Positions 17,261 to 27,515 of a DNA stretch of 64,000 bases are shown here, piece after piece. A model generated the notes under the pieces. The model saw nothing but the letters and a program-made list of their open reading frames with translations. It ran no database searches and was not told where the DNA came from. This stretch comes from Pseudomonadota bacterium (GTDB taxonomy: Bacteria; Bdellovibrionota; FAC87; UBA2466): positions 1,467 through 65,466 of the forward strand of contig JAYUGC010000091.1 of the NCBI GenBank assembly GCA_043767805.1. Direction: 5' to 3'. Both the position numbers and the translations under genes were made by a program. Every line of letters begins with the position of its first letter. The stretch's first letter is position 1.

Positions 17261-18125
17261 TTTTTTTTCCGAAGGCGAGCACGTTCAGCCACGTCATGTG
17301 AAGATAAGGCTGCTTGAGAATGTGCTCCTTCGAATCGGGATCGAGGAGCGTTTCCAGCTTTTGAAAAAGACCTGAGTCCAAATACGGCTCGACTCGCTTC
17401 GCGGTATTCTCCAGATAACTCTGCAAGAGTATCCGTTCCGGCTCGCCGAGCGGCGCTTGGCGATCGATGGCTTGCGTGCTCATGCCGATGGGCTCCAGTC
17501 CCGCGGAGGCAATGACCGAAGGAAGCTTTCTTCCGATATAGAACCGGCTCGAGTGCTTTCCTTCTTCGAGAAACGCCCGCAGCTCGGCGGCGCGAAGCTC
17601 CAGCTCGAGCGGCACGGGCCAGGGCAAAGAGACTTGATGGAGCGAATCGTTTTCCAGGATGGCGACGATGCCTCCCCCTCGCAAAACCCGCTTCATGTGC
17701 TTTAACGCCGCGACCGGATCGGGAAGGCTGAAGAAGCTTTGCGCGCACCAGACGAGGTCGAAAGTTTCGTCCTCGAAAGGAAGCTTATCGAACTCGGCCG
17801 TAATGAAGTCGATGCCGGCGCCACGCCGCTTTCTCGCGGCTTCTTGCCGGGCCCGTTCCAGATACGCGTCGTTCGAGTCGACTCCCGTCACCTGCCCGCC
17901 CTCAGCCATGCGCTCCGCGAGCCGTCTCGTATAGAACCCATCGCCGCAAGCGAGATCGAGAACCCGCGGCGCGGTCTTAAGAGGTAGGCCATCCAGAACG
18001 GTCTCCAGCTCCACTTCGAACGCTTTATGAAAGTTCGAGAGCTGGAGATCGTAGTCAGGTACCGAACTCATGCCGCTCTTCCGTGACGACGTGTCTCCAG
18101 AAGGAGACAGATCGGAGCCGCTCAT
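17244..18125 (-). CDS. class I SAM-dependent methyltransferase
   Basis: 293 aa with motif I VLDLACGDGFYTRRLA. 4-nt overlap with the upstream FAD-Rieske gene. Confidence 0.8.
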   Translation of the reverse strand: MSGSDLSPSGDTSSRKSGMSSVPDYDLQLSNFHKAFEVELETVLDGLPLKTAPRVLDLACGDGFYTRRLAERMAEGGQVTGVDSNDAYLERARQEAARKRRGAGIDFITAEFDKLPFEDETFDLVWCAQSFFSLPDPVAALKHMKRVLRGGGIVAILENDSLHQVSLPWPVPLELELRAAELRAFLEEGKHSSRFYIGRKLPSVIASAGLEPIGMSTQAIDRQAPLGEPERILLQSYLENTAKRVEPYLDSGLFQKLETLLDPDSKEHILKQPYLHMTWLNVLAFGKKISVQS

Positions 18126-19651
18126 CCCGTCTTCCGCTGCTTTTCCACCACCGCGAGGCCTTCGGTGGCCGGGCCGCTGATAACGCTTCCCTTACAGGTA
18201 AAGCGCGAGCCGTGGCACGGGCAGTCCCAAGTTTTCTCTTCGGTGTTCCAGCGTACGATACCGCCCAAATGAGGACAAACGGCGGTCATCTCGTGAGTTT
18301 TACCGGCCTCGTCGCGGAAGACCGCCACTTTCTCAAGCCCGCGTCGCACGACGGCGCCCTCGCCCATGGGCACGTCTTCGGGAGATTTAACCTCGCCCGG
18401 AGTCAGGTAATCGCCGTACTGCAGGACGGTATTGAAGTTGCCTTTCACCCATTCGGACAACGAACGGACCGTTTTGCGAGCCGGATCGTAGAGCTTTGCC
18501 CAGGGATTCTCTCGTCCCAAGATGAGGTCCGTGATGAGCTTGCCCGCGATCGTCCCGTGCGTCATGCCCATGCCCGAATCGCCCGTGGCGATGTATACGT
18601 TCGCCTCGTCCTGAGGATTTCGGCCAATATAGGCAAGACCATCGACCGTCTCCTCCACTTGGCCGGACCATTTGAAGAGGGCTTCTCCTACCTGCGGGAA
18701 ATGCTCGCGCGCCCAGGCCTCGAGTCGCTTCAAAGCTTCGGTCTCATCGGCGGATTGGCCGGTGCGGTGATCCTCGCCGCCGACGATGAGGACGGAGCGT
18801 TCTTCCTCATGCTGAACCCGAATGTAATGATAGGGGTCCAAAGTGTCCCAATAGAGGGCGATCGGAATCGAGCCTTGAGGAATGTGAAAGCCAATGGCGT
18901 AGGTACGATAGGCTTCCTGCTTCGTGTGAATGATGAAGCGATCGTTGAGCGGCGTATTGCTAGCGACCACGACCGCTTCACACTTGATTTCATAGCCGGA
19001 TTTCGTTTTGACGACGGCCTTTTCACCCCCTTCGACGCTGGTGACCAAAGCATCGGAGTATACCCGGCCGCCTTTTTCCAAAAAGGCTGCGGTCAATCCG
19101 CCCAGATATTTCGTCGGGTGGATTTGAGCCTGACGGGGAAAGAGCAGGCAAGGCCCGTCGGAGAGCCGCGGAACGGGAATCTTGTCGAGTAGCTTCACCT
19201 TGGACAGCCCGGCGCGGTGCGCAGCCTCGAGCTCTTTTTGCAAAAGGTCGGACTTTTCGCCCGGAGGCGTGAAGAGATAGCCGTCCAGGCGCCTCAGATC
19301 GCAGCGGATCTCCTCTTTTTTGCAGATGGCCTCGATGAGATCGATGGCGGCGGTGTGGCTTTCCGCCGCAAGGCGCGCGCCTTCTTCGCCATGAATTTTC
19401 TCGATGCGCACGTAGCGATCGTCAATGGCGTTGGCCAGATGAGCCGTGGTGCGGCAAGTCTCTCCGCCAGCGACCTTACCCTTGTCCAAAACTACGACTT
19501 TCTTGCCTTCGCAGGCCAAAAGGTAGGCCGTCGTCATCCCGGATATACCGGCTCCCACCACACAGACTTCGGTCCTTAAATTCGTTTTGAGCTTACCCGT
19601 CGTGGGGAGCTTGGTGATTTCCATCCAAAGGGATTTTGACTCTCGTTTCAT
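18122..19651 (-). CDS. FAD-dependent oxidoreductase with C-terminal Rieske [2Fe-2S] domain
   Basis: 509 aa. VCVVGAGISGMTTAYLLA at the N-terminus and Rieske ligands CPHLGG...CPCHGSRF at the C-terminus. Confidence 0.85.
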   Translation of the reverse strand: MKRESKSLWMEITKLPTTGKLKTNLRTEVCVVGAGISGMTTAYLLACEGKKVVVLDKGKVAGGETCRTTAHLANAIDDRYVRIEKIHGEEGARLAAESHTAAIDLIEAICKKEEIRCDLRRLDGYLFTPPGEKSDLLQKELEAAHRAGLSKVKLLDKIPVPRLSDGPCLLFPRQAQIHPTKYLGGLTAAFLEKGGRVYSDALVTSVEGGEKAVVKTKSGYEIKCEAVVVASNTPLNDRFIIHTKQEAYRTYAIGFHIPQGSIPIALYWDTLDPYHYIRVQHEEERSVLIVGGEDHRTGQSADETEALKRLEAWAREHFPQVGEALFKWSGQVEETVDGLAYIGRNPQDEANVYIATGDSGMGMTHGTIAGKLITDLILGRENPWAKLYDPARKTVRSLSEWVKGNFNTVLQYGDYLTPGEVKSPEDVPMGEGAVVRRGLEKVAVFRDEAGKTHEMTAVCPHLGGIVRWNTEEKTWDCPCHGSRFTCKGSVISGPATEGLAVVEKQRKTG

Positions 19652-19729
19652 GGCAATGGCCTCCTGCTTTTTGTAGTAGTGGTGCGAAAAGCGTGCCGGA
19701 CCGTGGCTGCCCCATTAGAATTTCTCTCC

Positions 19730-20566
19730 ATGAGAACGACCGTCGCCTACCAAGGGGTTCCCGGGGCTTATAGCGAGCTCGCGGCCTTCCAACATTTCGG
19801 GAAAAAGGCGGTACCCCACCCTTTTCCGGAGTTCGCCGACGTCTTTAACGCCGTGCTCAAAGGGAAAGTAACCTTCGGCATCGTGCCCATCGAAAACTCC
19901 CTCGCCGGCAGCGTTCTCGAAAGTTTCGATCTCCTCATGGAGAAAAAGGTTTGGATCTGCGGGGAGACGAAACTTCGGGTGAGCCATTGTCTCATCGCAA
20001 GCCCCAAGACGAGCCTGAAAGCCATCCGCCAGGTTTACTCCCACCCGCAAGCGCTCCGGCAATGCCATCATTTCTTGAAGCGGTGGAAGGGAGTCGAAGC
20101 GGTTCCCCACTTCGATACGGCCGGCTCGGTGAAGTTCGTGGCGGAAAGCGGGAGAACGGACGTCGCGGCCATCGCAAGCCAAGGCTCGGCCATACGTTAT
20201 GGGCTGAAGGCCTTCAAGTCAGGCATCGAGGACAACAAACACAACTTCACCCGTTTTCTCGTTCTGTCGAAAAAGAAAATCCGTCCAAAGGCAAAGCTCT
20301 GTAAGACTTCCATCGCTTTCGATCTGAAAAGCCGGCCGCGCGCTTTACATCTAGCGCTCGGAGCATTTGCCTCCCCGGGCATCCAGTTATTAAAAATCGA
20401 GTCGCGCCCGATACCGGGTCGGCCGTGGGAGTACCTGTTCTACCTCGATTTCGAAGGAGACTCAGATACCCCCACGGCGAAACTAGCCCTAGCTCATTTG
20501 GAAGAGCTGGCCATTCATGTGAAGGTGCTTGGATCTTATGCGCCGGGTGGCGACTTCAAGCCTTGA
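19730..20566 (+). CDS. pheA: prephenate dehydratase (monofunctional, with ACT domain)
   Basis: ATG 19730 gives MRTTVAYQGVPGAYSELAA, a typical PDT N-terminus. C-terminal ACT-like region TSIAFDLKSRPRALHLAL...ESRP. Confidence 0.85.
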   Translation: MRTTVAYQGVPGAYSELAAFQHFGKKAVPHPFPEFADVFNAVLKGKVTFGIVPIENSLAGSVLESFDLLMEKKVWICGETKLRVSHCLIASPKTSLKAIRQVYSHPQALRQCHHFLKRWKGVEAVPHFDTAGSVKFVAESGRTDVAAIASQGSAIRYGLKAFKSGIEDNKHNFTRFLVLSKKKIRPKAKLCKTSIAFDLKSRPRALHLALGAFASPGIQLLKIESRPIPGRPWEYLFYLDFEGDSDTPTAKLALAHLEELAIHVKVLGSYAPGGDFKP

Positions 20567-20720
20567 GACGGCCGCTGCTCAGCATTACGGCAAGTACGAT
20601 GATGAGGAGCAAGAGACCACCGGTCGGTCCATAGCCCCAACCGCTGCTATAGCCCCAGAAGGGCAACACGCCAAACAAACTCAAAACCAACAGGACCAAC
20701 AGAATATTGATAATCGACAT
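20556..20720 (-). CDS. DUF3309 family small membrane protein
   Basis: 54 aa from the internal ATG, preceded by AAGGA. MSIINILLVLLVLSLFGVLPFWGYSSGWGYGPTGGLLLLIIVLAV is the characteristic DUF3309 pattern. Confidence 0.6.
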   Translation of the reverse strand: MSIINILLVLLVLSLFGVLPFWGYSSGWGYGPTGGLLLLIIVLAVMLSSGRLKA

Positions 20721-20835
20721 GACTTTTCCTTTCGATGAATTGCCCCCAAACACAGCTTTCGCGAGGCGCATGGCTCTTGAGAACTTTCGCGAAAACGTAT
20801 TGCGAAGTTCATGCCAGGTGGCACGAACTTAAGAT

Positions 20836-21660
20836 TTACTGACCGACGGTTTCGATAGCGGCGATCTCAGCGGGAAGCAGAGCGGCGTCGATAGAAGCGA
20901 GATCGAGTTGCATGTGATCCCGGTTGGAGGTTCCCGTCAGCGGAATCATTCCGACATGGCGCGCGAACGCGAAGATCACTTGAGCGGGAAGAATCCCTAG
21001 CCGCTCACACACCGCTCCGACGGCGGGGCTCTGCATTTCGTAAGGATTCGCCGTGAGCAAAGAAAAACCCTGATAGCGCAGGCCGAACTCTTTGCAAAGC
21101 TCGCGAACCGGCCCGTCCCAGCCGCGGGTGGCGTAACAGCGGTTCTGTACGAAGTGAGGCTTCGTTTTCGCGTGTCGCGCGAGCTCGCTCAACTGAGCGG
21201 CATTCACGTTGGAAATGCCGATGTAGCCGGCTTTTCGTTCGGCATGCAGAGCTTCGATAGCTTCCCAAACTTCCCAGTCCTCGTCTCCGAGGCCCGGATG
21301 ATTATAGGGACCATGGAGCACGTACGAATCGAGATACTCCACGCCGAAATGCGAAAGGGAGCTTTCGAAAGATTGGCGGACTTGGGTCTTGAGGGGCGCT
21401 TTCGGATCGTAAGGCAGGCGGTGATCCTGACCGTCTATGGAAGTGAACTTAGTCTGCAGAAAGAGAGAGTCCCGGGAGTTCCCCGCTTTGAAAAACTGCT
21501 TAACCGCCTCGCCGACCGCGGCTTCGTCATAGTGCTTGAGTTGATTTGCCGTATCAATCGCCCGAAAGCCCGCCTCCAGAGCTAGGCTAGTCAGCTCCGT
21601 CGTACGGGCCTTTTTCCAGGCGGTTCCATAGAAAAAAGAGGGTATTTCCGCAGCCTTCAT
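20836..21660 (-). CDS. aldo/keto reductase
   Basis: ATG 21660 gives MKAAEIPSFFYGTAWK...GFRAIDTANQLKHYDE, an AKR-like sequence. The longer listed ORF would overlap the divergent gene. Confidence 0.8.
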   Translation of the reverse strand: MKAAEIPSFFYGTAWKKARTTELTSLALEAGFRAIDTANQLKHYDEAAVGEAVKQFFKAGNSRDSLFLQTKFTSIDGQDHRLPYDPKAPLKTQVRQSFESSLSHFGVEYLDSYVLHGPYNHPGLGDEDWEVWEAIEALHAERKAGYIGISNVNAAQLSELARHAKTKPHFVQNRCYATRGWDGPVRELCKEFGLRYQGFSLLTANPYEMQSPAVGAVCERLGILPAQVIFAFARHVGMIPLTGTSNRDHMQLDLASIDAALLPAEIAAIETVGQ

Positions 21661-21727
21661 GCCCCTACCTATAGTTCCCATCTGCCCGGATGACGAGGAA
21701 ATAGAGATGAGGTAGCGTTCGCTTCCC

Positions 21728-22504
21728 ATGAAAACCAAAGAAGAAATTTGTAACAACTGGCTGCCCAGATACACCGGCGTGCCGGTCGAGGATTTCCCCG
21801 ATTACATCCTCCTCACCAATTTTCAGTCCTACGTGGACAACTTCGCGCAGAAGCTGCACGTTCCCGTCCTGGGCATGGATAAGCCCATGCCGAGCGCCAT
21901 CTGCCGCGCGACCAACATCGGCATCATCAATTTTCAGATGGGGTCGGCCAATGCGGCGACCATCATGGATTTGCTCTCCGCGGCGAAACCGAAAGCGGTT
22001 CTCTTTCTCGGCAAATGCGGTGGTCTGAAGAAGAGCACTGAAATCGGCCATTTCATTTTGCCCATCGCGGCCATCCGCGGAGAAGGAACCTCGGACGATT
22101 ACTTTCCACCGGAAGTCCCCGCCCTGCCTTCTTTCAAGATGCACAAATTCGTTTCCGAAAAACTCGTGGAGCATAACTTCGAGTACCGCACGGGCGTCAT
22201 CTACACGACGAACCGGCGCGTCTGGGAGTTCGACGACGCCTTCCGCGCGCGACTCGCCAATCTCACGGCGCTTGGCATCGACATGGAGACCGCGACGATT
22301 TTCATCGTGGGCCATAAGAACGAGATCCCGCGGGGCGCGCTCTTACTTGTGACCGACGTTCCGACGACGCCCGATGGCGTGAAGACCGAAGCTTCCGACA
22401 AGAAGACGAACTCCACCTGGGCGGACATTCATTTAGAGCTCGGCATTCAATCTCTCGTCGAAATTCAGACGAAGGGCGAAGAGATCAAGCACTTCACTTA
22501 CTAG
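21728..22504 (+). CDS. nucleoside phosphorylase-fold protein (AMP nucleosidase-like, PNP_UDP_1)
   Basis: 258 aa. LFLGKCGGL and GIDMETATIF motifs are typical of the phosphorylase/AMP nucleosidase catalytic domain. Confidence 0.7.
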   Translation: MKTKEEICNNWLPRYTGVPVEDFPDYILLTNFQSYVDNFAQKLHVPVLGMDKPMPSAICRATNIGIINFQMGSANAATIMDLLSAAKPKAVLFLGKCGGLKKSTEIGHFILPIAAIRGEGTSDDYFPPEVPALPSFKMHKFVSEKLVEHNFEYRTGVIYTTNRRVWEFDDAFRARLANLTALGIDMETATIFIVGHKNEIPRGALLLVTDVPTTPDGVKTEASDKKTNSTWADIHLELGIQSLVEIQTKGEEIKHFTY

Positions 22505-22621
22505 CGATGAAGCTCCTCGAAACCAATTCCGAGAAGGTCTCCGTCTGGGACTTCTTCGATCTCAAGATGAGAAAGTACGGGGACCGCCCGCTTCTCACCC
22601 GCTTGCTCCGCATCAAAGGCC

Positions 22622-22993
22622 TCAACGAGTAGTGGCGCGAAATGTTTCAGAAGCAGCTGGCGTCTTAGCCTTCTTCACGCAGTCCAGCGCATTCCCGTAA
22701 GGGTTAGTGCAGAGGAAACTGGGCAAATAAGCGGCCGGATCAAGCTGGTCTTTCGACTCGTCCAAGTAGGAGCTCAGATGAAGCTTTTCCAGCGCCGGTA
22801 ACTTATCGAGAGCCGCGAACTGCGCCGTCGTAAAACTCATCTTCCAAGACGCCATTTGCAATTTTTTGACGAATACCAAGGACGCGAAGAAGGTAGGCGA
22901 CAGTTTATCGGGGGAAGTCACGTCCATGTGCAATTCGGCCACTTCTTCTCTGCCTAAGGGCTCGAGAGCGCCCAGCTCTCGGGCCCACCCCAC
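22622..22993 (-). CDS. hypothetical protein
   Basis: 123-aa ORF 14 nt downstream of the 506-aa gene on the same strand. Leu-rich with no recognised motif. Start uncertain. Confidence 0.3.
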   Translation of the reverse strand: MGWARELGALEPLGREEVAELHMDVTSPDKLSPTFFASLVFVKKLQMASWKMSFTTAQFAALDKLPALEKLHLSSYLDESKDQLDPAAYLPSFLCTNPYGNALDCVKKAKTPAASETFRATTR

Positions 22994-23007
22994 CTCGCGA
23001 CTTGGTC

Positions 23008-24528
23008 TCAGTCTTCAGCGGACAGAGTGCGGTAGACCTGGTTGCGGATATTTGCCGCAATCTTACCGCCTTCGGCGTGCTGCCGAATGGTGCGGTAAGT
23101 TTGCAGATACATCAGCTGACGATAGTACACGTCCAGCCGTAAATTCTCTCGCACCCCGGCGTCCTCGGGGTTTAATCCCAAGCGAACCGCGAGTGCATCT
23201 AAGGCCCGTGGGTCCTGAAGGTGGGTATTGAAATACCCGCCTTGAAATTGGCCTGAGGCGGACTGAGCTCCCATGCTGTCCTTGAACGTAAGGGAGCCCT
23301 TAATGAATCGTTCGGCGAGCTTGGGATTCTGAGATTGGATGTCCTGGTCGATACGCTGCTCATCTTGTCCATGGCGGTAGCCGGAGGCGGTGGAACGCCG
23401 ATACAGAATGGCCATTTGTTTTTGCACCAGCGAGAAGGCCGCGGAGCGGAAAGGAAAGCCTTGGAACAGGCCATCGAGAGCGAGCCCGTGGACTGCCGCC
23501 GCCGCATTGTAGTGATAATTGCCGTAGCGGGCGGCCTGGGGATTGTAGACCCCGAGGGCAAACTCACCCGACATCGCCGCGTGAAGGTATTCGAGAGCAT
23601 CCATTTCGCGCGGCGGAGTGGAATTGGACCAATCGGAATAGGCGACGGAATAGTGCATCGGCGTCATTTCGATAATCTGCTGAAACACTTCGTAGTCGTC
23701 GGCCGTAAAAGGCCCTCCCTCGCGTGTCAGCCCTTCCTGCGTCACGGCATTGGCCCTGGGGAAATGTTGTACGTCGTCATGAAAGTAGAGCAGCATCTTA
23801 TAAACCAGCGAAAGAACGCGCTTCTTGTCCCGTCGCTCCCCCTCAGGAAGCGCGGCCTGAGCCGCCCGGGTCATCTCTTCGATGAGATTAAAATCTTTGG
23901 TCACTTTCGACAGCGCGTCTCCGTGAATATCACCGGCCAAGAGGCCAACACTGAAATCCGTGGAAGCCGTTTCCCTCTTAACCGCCCGGTCTGTCGGCGC
24001 CAGACGCCGCAATAAGGTGTGCATCGCCTTGCGGTAAACCGGATCGTGAATCAGCTGAGTTTGAATGTAGCTGGCAATCCCTGTGTTGCTCCAGGACACG
24101 GACCGAAATTTATTCCCGCCGTTTGCCGGCTGATAACTATGCGCGAAGAGCAGACTATTGATTCGTTCCAAGAGGGTAATTGAATCGCCGATCGCGTTAA
24201 ACGAGACCTTCGACAGGACCGTGGCGAAGAGCGGTCTCTGCTCCCCAATGGCCCTCCAAGTCCCGCCTAAATCGGCAATGAGGTCCTGAAAGGTTTCCAC
24301 GGGAGAGGACTCGGCTCGCGCTCGGGCCATCGCTATTCTTTTGAGAAGAGAAAGCGGGCTAACATCAGGCTTGCCTCCCATTTTGCCGTAGAGAAGCCGG
24401 CAATGTTCCGCTGGCCAGGAGGGATCAAAACGTTTGAGCTCATCGCCATCCGCTCCAAACCCACGGGTTGCCATCAGCGTGGAAAGCAAGATCGAGCAAA
24501 TGATCTGGACTGTTACCCGAATGGACAA
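23008..24528 (-). CDS. hypothetical secreted protein
   Basis: 506 aa with TTG start and a hydrophobic N-terminus VQIICSILLSTLMATRGFGADG. Amino-acid composition looks protein-like. No recognisable family. Confidence 0.5.
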   Translation of the reverse strand: MSIRVTVQIICSILLSTLMATRGFGADGDELKRFDPSWPAEHCRLLYGKMGGKPDVSPLSLLKRIAMARARAESSPVETFQDLIADLGGTWRAIGEQRPLFATVLSKVSFNAIGDSITLLERINSLLFAHSYQPANGGNKFRSVSWSNTGIASYIQTQLIHDPVYRKAMHTLLRRLAPTDRAVKRETASTDFSVGLLAGDIHGDALSKVTKDFNLIEEMTRAAQAALPEGERRDKKRVLSLVYKMLLYFHDDVQHFPRANAVTQEGLTREGGPFTADDYEVFQQIIEMTPMHYSVAYSDWSNSTPPREMDALEYLHAAMSGEFALGVYNPQAARYGNYHYNAAAAVHGLALDGLFQGFPFRSAAFSLVQKQMAILYRRSTASGYRHGQDEQRIDQDIQSQNPKLAERFIKGSLTFKDSMGAQSASGQFQGGYFNTHLQDPRALDALAVRLGLNPEDAGVRENLRLDVYYRQLMYLQTYRTIRQHAEGGKIAANIRNQVYRTLSAED

Positions 24529-24710
24529 AGAACCCCCCCCTTCCAGTTTAGAGCAGGGAGCTAAGGGCTACCATCCGATACACCGTGAATACGTGAGCGT
24601 GGGCCTAAGACAAACGGAATTCAGGACCGATCTTCCCTACTAGTGGCCCTTGCACGCTCCGCGTTGTGGGTTGAACCAGCTTTTGACCGATACGTGACTG
24701 GGGGTAAACC

Positions 24711-25481
24711 ATGAGGTTTTCGGTACTCGTAATCACGGCGGTCTTCGCTTTTCAAACTAACGCGTGGGCGGATGGGAAACAACTCTTCGCGTTTCCGACC
24801 GCGCCCCAATTCACCACCGTCACCGGCCCAGTTTTTCCGGGACCTGGCGGCGCCGCGGCGGTGAACGCCTCCTCCTTACTCTCCAGCGAAAAAGTTTCGC
24901 ATCTCACCTTCGTGAACTCCGTGCCCATCGGAAGCGGTAACTACGGAGTCGAAGGCACCTATACGGTTGTCGGAAAATCCTTCGGTTTCTCGGCGGGCTA
25001 CGTCGGTACGGTCGGCGGCGAGTCTCCTCACGGCTATCTCGTGGGCCTTGCGACGCTCATCAGCAAGTTCTCCCTCGGCGTCGGCGTCTCGAAAGATCCG
25101 GGACAAACCGGCACGCCCAAAGCCGATGCGAGCGTCACCCTTCCCGTCATGGACAATATGTATCTCACTGCCGTGCTCCACAACGCCGCCGTGGCGCCGC
25201 AAGCGACCGTGGGCTTAGGGCTTCGAGATTACGGATTTCAGCTAGAGCTCTTTGTCGACATGACTCCGTTCAACAATCCCCAAGGCGGCAACTCGGTGGG
25301 AACCGCGCTGACCTTCGGCTTTGGCGACTGGAGTTTTCACGCGGCGGGCAAGCAGCAAACGGTCACGAAAGTGTACAACTACACCGTCGGGATTGGCCGT
25401 GCCTTCAATCAGCACGTGCACATCTCGGTGCAGTACGACGACCAAAAACGCTTGAACGCCGGCCTGACTCTCGGCCTCTAA
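24711..25481 (+). CDS. putative outer-membrane beta-barrel protein
   Basis: Signal peptide [20 protein letters not shown]. Alternating hydrophobic beta-strand-like pattern rich in G/Y/T/V. Confidence 0.45.
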   Translation: MRFSVLVITAVFAFQTNAWADGKQLFAFPTAPQFTTVTGPVFPGPGGAAAVNASSLLSSEKVSHLTFVNSVPIGSGNYGVEGTYTVVGKSFGFSAGYVGTVGGESPHGYLVGLATLISKFSLGVGVSKDPGQTGTPKADASVTLPVMDNMYLTAVLHNAAVAPQATVGLGLRDYGFQLELFVDMTPFNNPQGGNSVGTALTFGFGDWSFHAAGKQQTVTKVYNYTVGIGRAFNQHVHISVQYDDQKRLNAGLTLGL

Positions 25482-25912
25482 TTCAATCGCTTGAGCAGGA
25501 GGGAAAGGCCCTCCGTGTAGGACTTCCACCCCAGTCCCGAGACTTGGGCCACGCAGACTGCCTTCGTCACCGACTTTCGCCGGAAGGCTTCCCTCTTCTT
25601 GATGTCGGAGAGATGGACTTCGACCGCGGGTAAATCCACGGCCGCAATCGCGTCCCGAAGGGCGAGGGAGTAATGCGTGTACGCCGCGGGGTTGATGACT
25701 AGGCCATCGGCCCATTTTCTCTGCGCGTGGAGAAAATCAATCAGCTCGCCCTCGCCGTTCGCCTGAAAGAAGCGAAGCTCCGCTTTGCCAGCCGCCGCCT
25801 TCTTGATGTTCGCGTTGATCTCTTTCAGCGTCAGCGTGCCGTAAATATCGGTCTCTCTGGTACCGAGCAGATTTAAGTTAGGCCCGTGAACGACGAGAAT
25901 CTTCTTTTTCAC
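25478..25912 (-). CDS. aroQ: type II 3-dehydroquinate dehydratase
   Basis: 144 aa with N-terminus [25 protein letters not shown]. Confidence 0.9.
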   Translation of the reverse strand: MKKKILVVHGPNLNLLGTRETDIYGTLTLKEINANIKKAAAGKAELRFFQANGEGELIDFLHAQRKWADGLVINPAAYTHYSLALRDAIAAVDLPAVEVHLSDIKKREAFRRKSVTKAVCVAQVSGLGWKSYTEGLSLLLKRLN

Positions 25913-26982
25913 TTTACCCTCTGCAGAGCCGCGGCGACGTGTTTGCGATCGATCTTGTTGTCGATTACCGTGTGTCCGATCCTACCCAGCAAAACGTAAT
26001 CGACCTTTCCGTCCTTCGCCTTCTTATCACGCTTCGTATAGCTCATGAGCTTATCGACCGTGATGTGATCCGGAATCGCCGGCACGGGAAGCTTTTTTAG
26101 CACGCCATCGATACGTTCGAAGTCCGCTTCGGAAAGATGGCCGCGCTCCACGGAAAGCGCGGAAGCCCAGCGCATTCCCCAAAGAATGGCTTCCCCATGA
26201 CGAAACGCTCTATATTCCGTCGCAGACTCCAAAGCATGGCCCAGAGTATGGCCGAAATTGAGCAATTTTCTGAGCCCCAAGGTCTCGCACTCGTCTTTCC
26301 CAACGACGTAAGCCTTCCACTTCGCCGACTCTCGAATCGCTTTCTGTAAAGGTTCTGGAGAGAGGAGCATGAGCTCGTTCAAATTCTTGTCGAGGAAGTC
26401 GAAGAACTTCTTATCGAAGGCCAGGCCGTACTTCAAAATCTCGCCAAGCCCCGAGACGAGGTCCCGGCGAGATAGAGAGCTCAACAAATCGAGGTCGCAA
26501 AGAACGAGAGAAGGCTGATGAAAGACGCCGATTAGATTCTTCCCGAGCGGATGATTAACGCCGGTCTTGCCGCCAAGGGAAGAATCCACCTGAGCGAGCA
26601 TTGTCGTAGGCACGCCGACCCAGCGGATGCCTCTCAAATAGGTTCCCGCTATAAAACCCGCGAGATCGCCGATGACCCCACCCCCAACAGCAAAGAGCAC
26701 GGAGTGCCGGTCCACACCGCTCTCGATGAGCTGAGTGAAGATCTCAAACATCTTGCGAAAATCTTTAGCGCTCTCCCGGGCTTTCAACGATACGCCGCTC
26801 GTCTCCCAGCCCGCTTTTCCCAAAGAACGGCCGAGCTGCTTGGCGACATCCGACACGCGGGTATCGGCGATGATAAACGCGCGTTTTGCTTTAAAGGGCT
26901 GAACCAGAGAGGCGGCCTTGTCCAGGATGCCAGAGCCCACGACGATGTCGTAGCCCCGCTTCTTCCCAGGCCCGAACTTCAT
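25909..26982 (-). CDS. aroB: 3-dehydroquinate synthase
   Basis: [14 protein letters not shown] nucleotide-binding region. ATG 26982 is preceded by AAGGGTGAGG (the track opens at TTG 26997). 4-nt overlap with aroQ. Confidence 0.9.
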   Translation of the reverse strand: MKFGPGKKRGYDIVVGSGILDKAASLVQPFKAKRAFIIADTRVSDVAKQLGRSLGKAGWETSGVSLKARESAKDFRKMFEIFTQLIESGVDRHSVLFAVGGGVIGDLAGFIAGTYLRGIRWVGVPTTMLAQVDSSLGGKTGVNHPLGKNLIGVFHQPSLVLCDLDLLSSLSRRDLVSGLGEILKYGLAFDKKFFDFLDKNLNELMLLSPEPLQKAIRESAKWKAYVVGKDECETLGLRKLLNFGHTLGHALESATEYRAFRHGEAILWGMRWASALSVERGHLSEADFERIDGVLKKLPVPAIPDHITVDKLMSYTKRDKKAKDGKVDYVLLGRIGHTVIDNKIDRKHVAAALQRVK

Positions 26983-26984
26983 CC

Positions 26985-27515
26985 TCACCCTTTCCAAGCT
27001 TCGGCCCCCTTGATGATTTCCAGCATGATGGCTTCTGGGGTTTTCCCGTCGGTAGTCACCTTGAGATGCGCCTGATCGTAAATGTACTTTCTCGCGGCGA
27101 GCATCGAGGTAATGGTGTCCCGAAGCGTCATGCCCTTCTGAGGCCGGAGCAGAGGCCGTTGGGTTCCTCCCGCGCGAGAGACGATAGAATCGACCGTCGC
27201 TTCCAAAAAGACGACAAAGCCCGAGCGCAGCACTCTCTCGCGGTTGTCACGATCGAGGAGCGCGCCCCCGCCTAAAGCCACCACCGTATGTTTGCCGGTC
27301 GTGGCTACCGCGACTTCCTGGGCTTCGGCGCTACGAAAGGTCGCTTCGCCTTCGGTCTCGAACATCCGAGCGATGGGCATGCCGGCCGTCTTCTCCACCA
27401 TCTGGTCGGTATCGAGAAAGCGCCATTCGAGCTTTCTGGCGACAAGGGCGCCCACCGTGGACTTTCCTGAGCCCATGAATCCAGTCAGGAAAATATTAGT
27501 CAGGGAGGGTTGCAT
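26985..27515 (-). CDS. aroK: shikimate kinase
   Basis: 176 aa with P-loop GFMGSGKSTVG. Confidence 0.9.
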   Translation of the reverse strand: MQPSLTNIFLTGFMGSGKSTVGALVARKLEWRFLDTDQMVEKTAGMPIARMFETEGEATFRSAEAQEVAVATTGKHTVVALGGGALLDRDNRERVLRSGFVVFLEATVDSIVSRAGGTQRPLLRPQKGMTLRDTITSMLAARKYIYDQAHLKVTTDGKTPEAIMLEIIKGAEAWKG

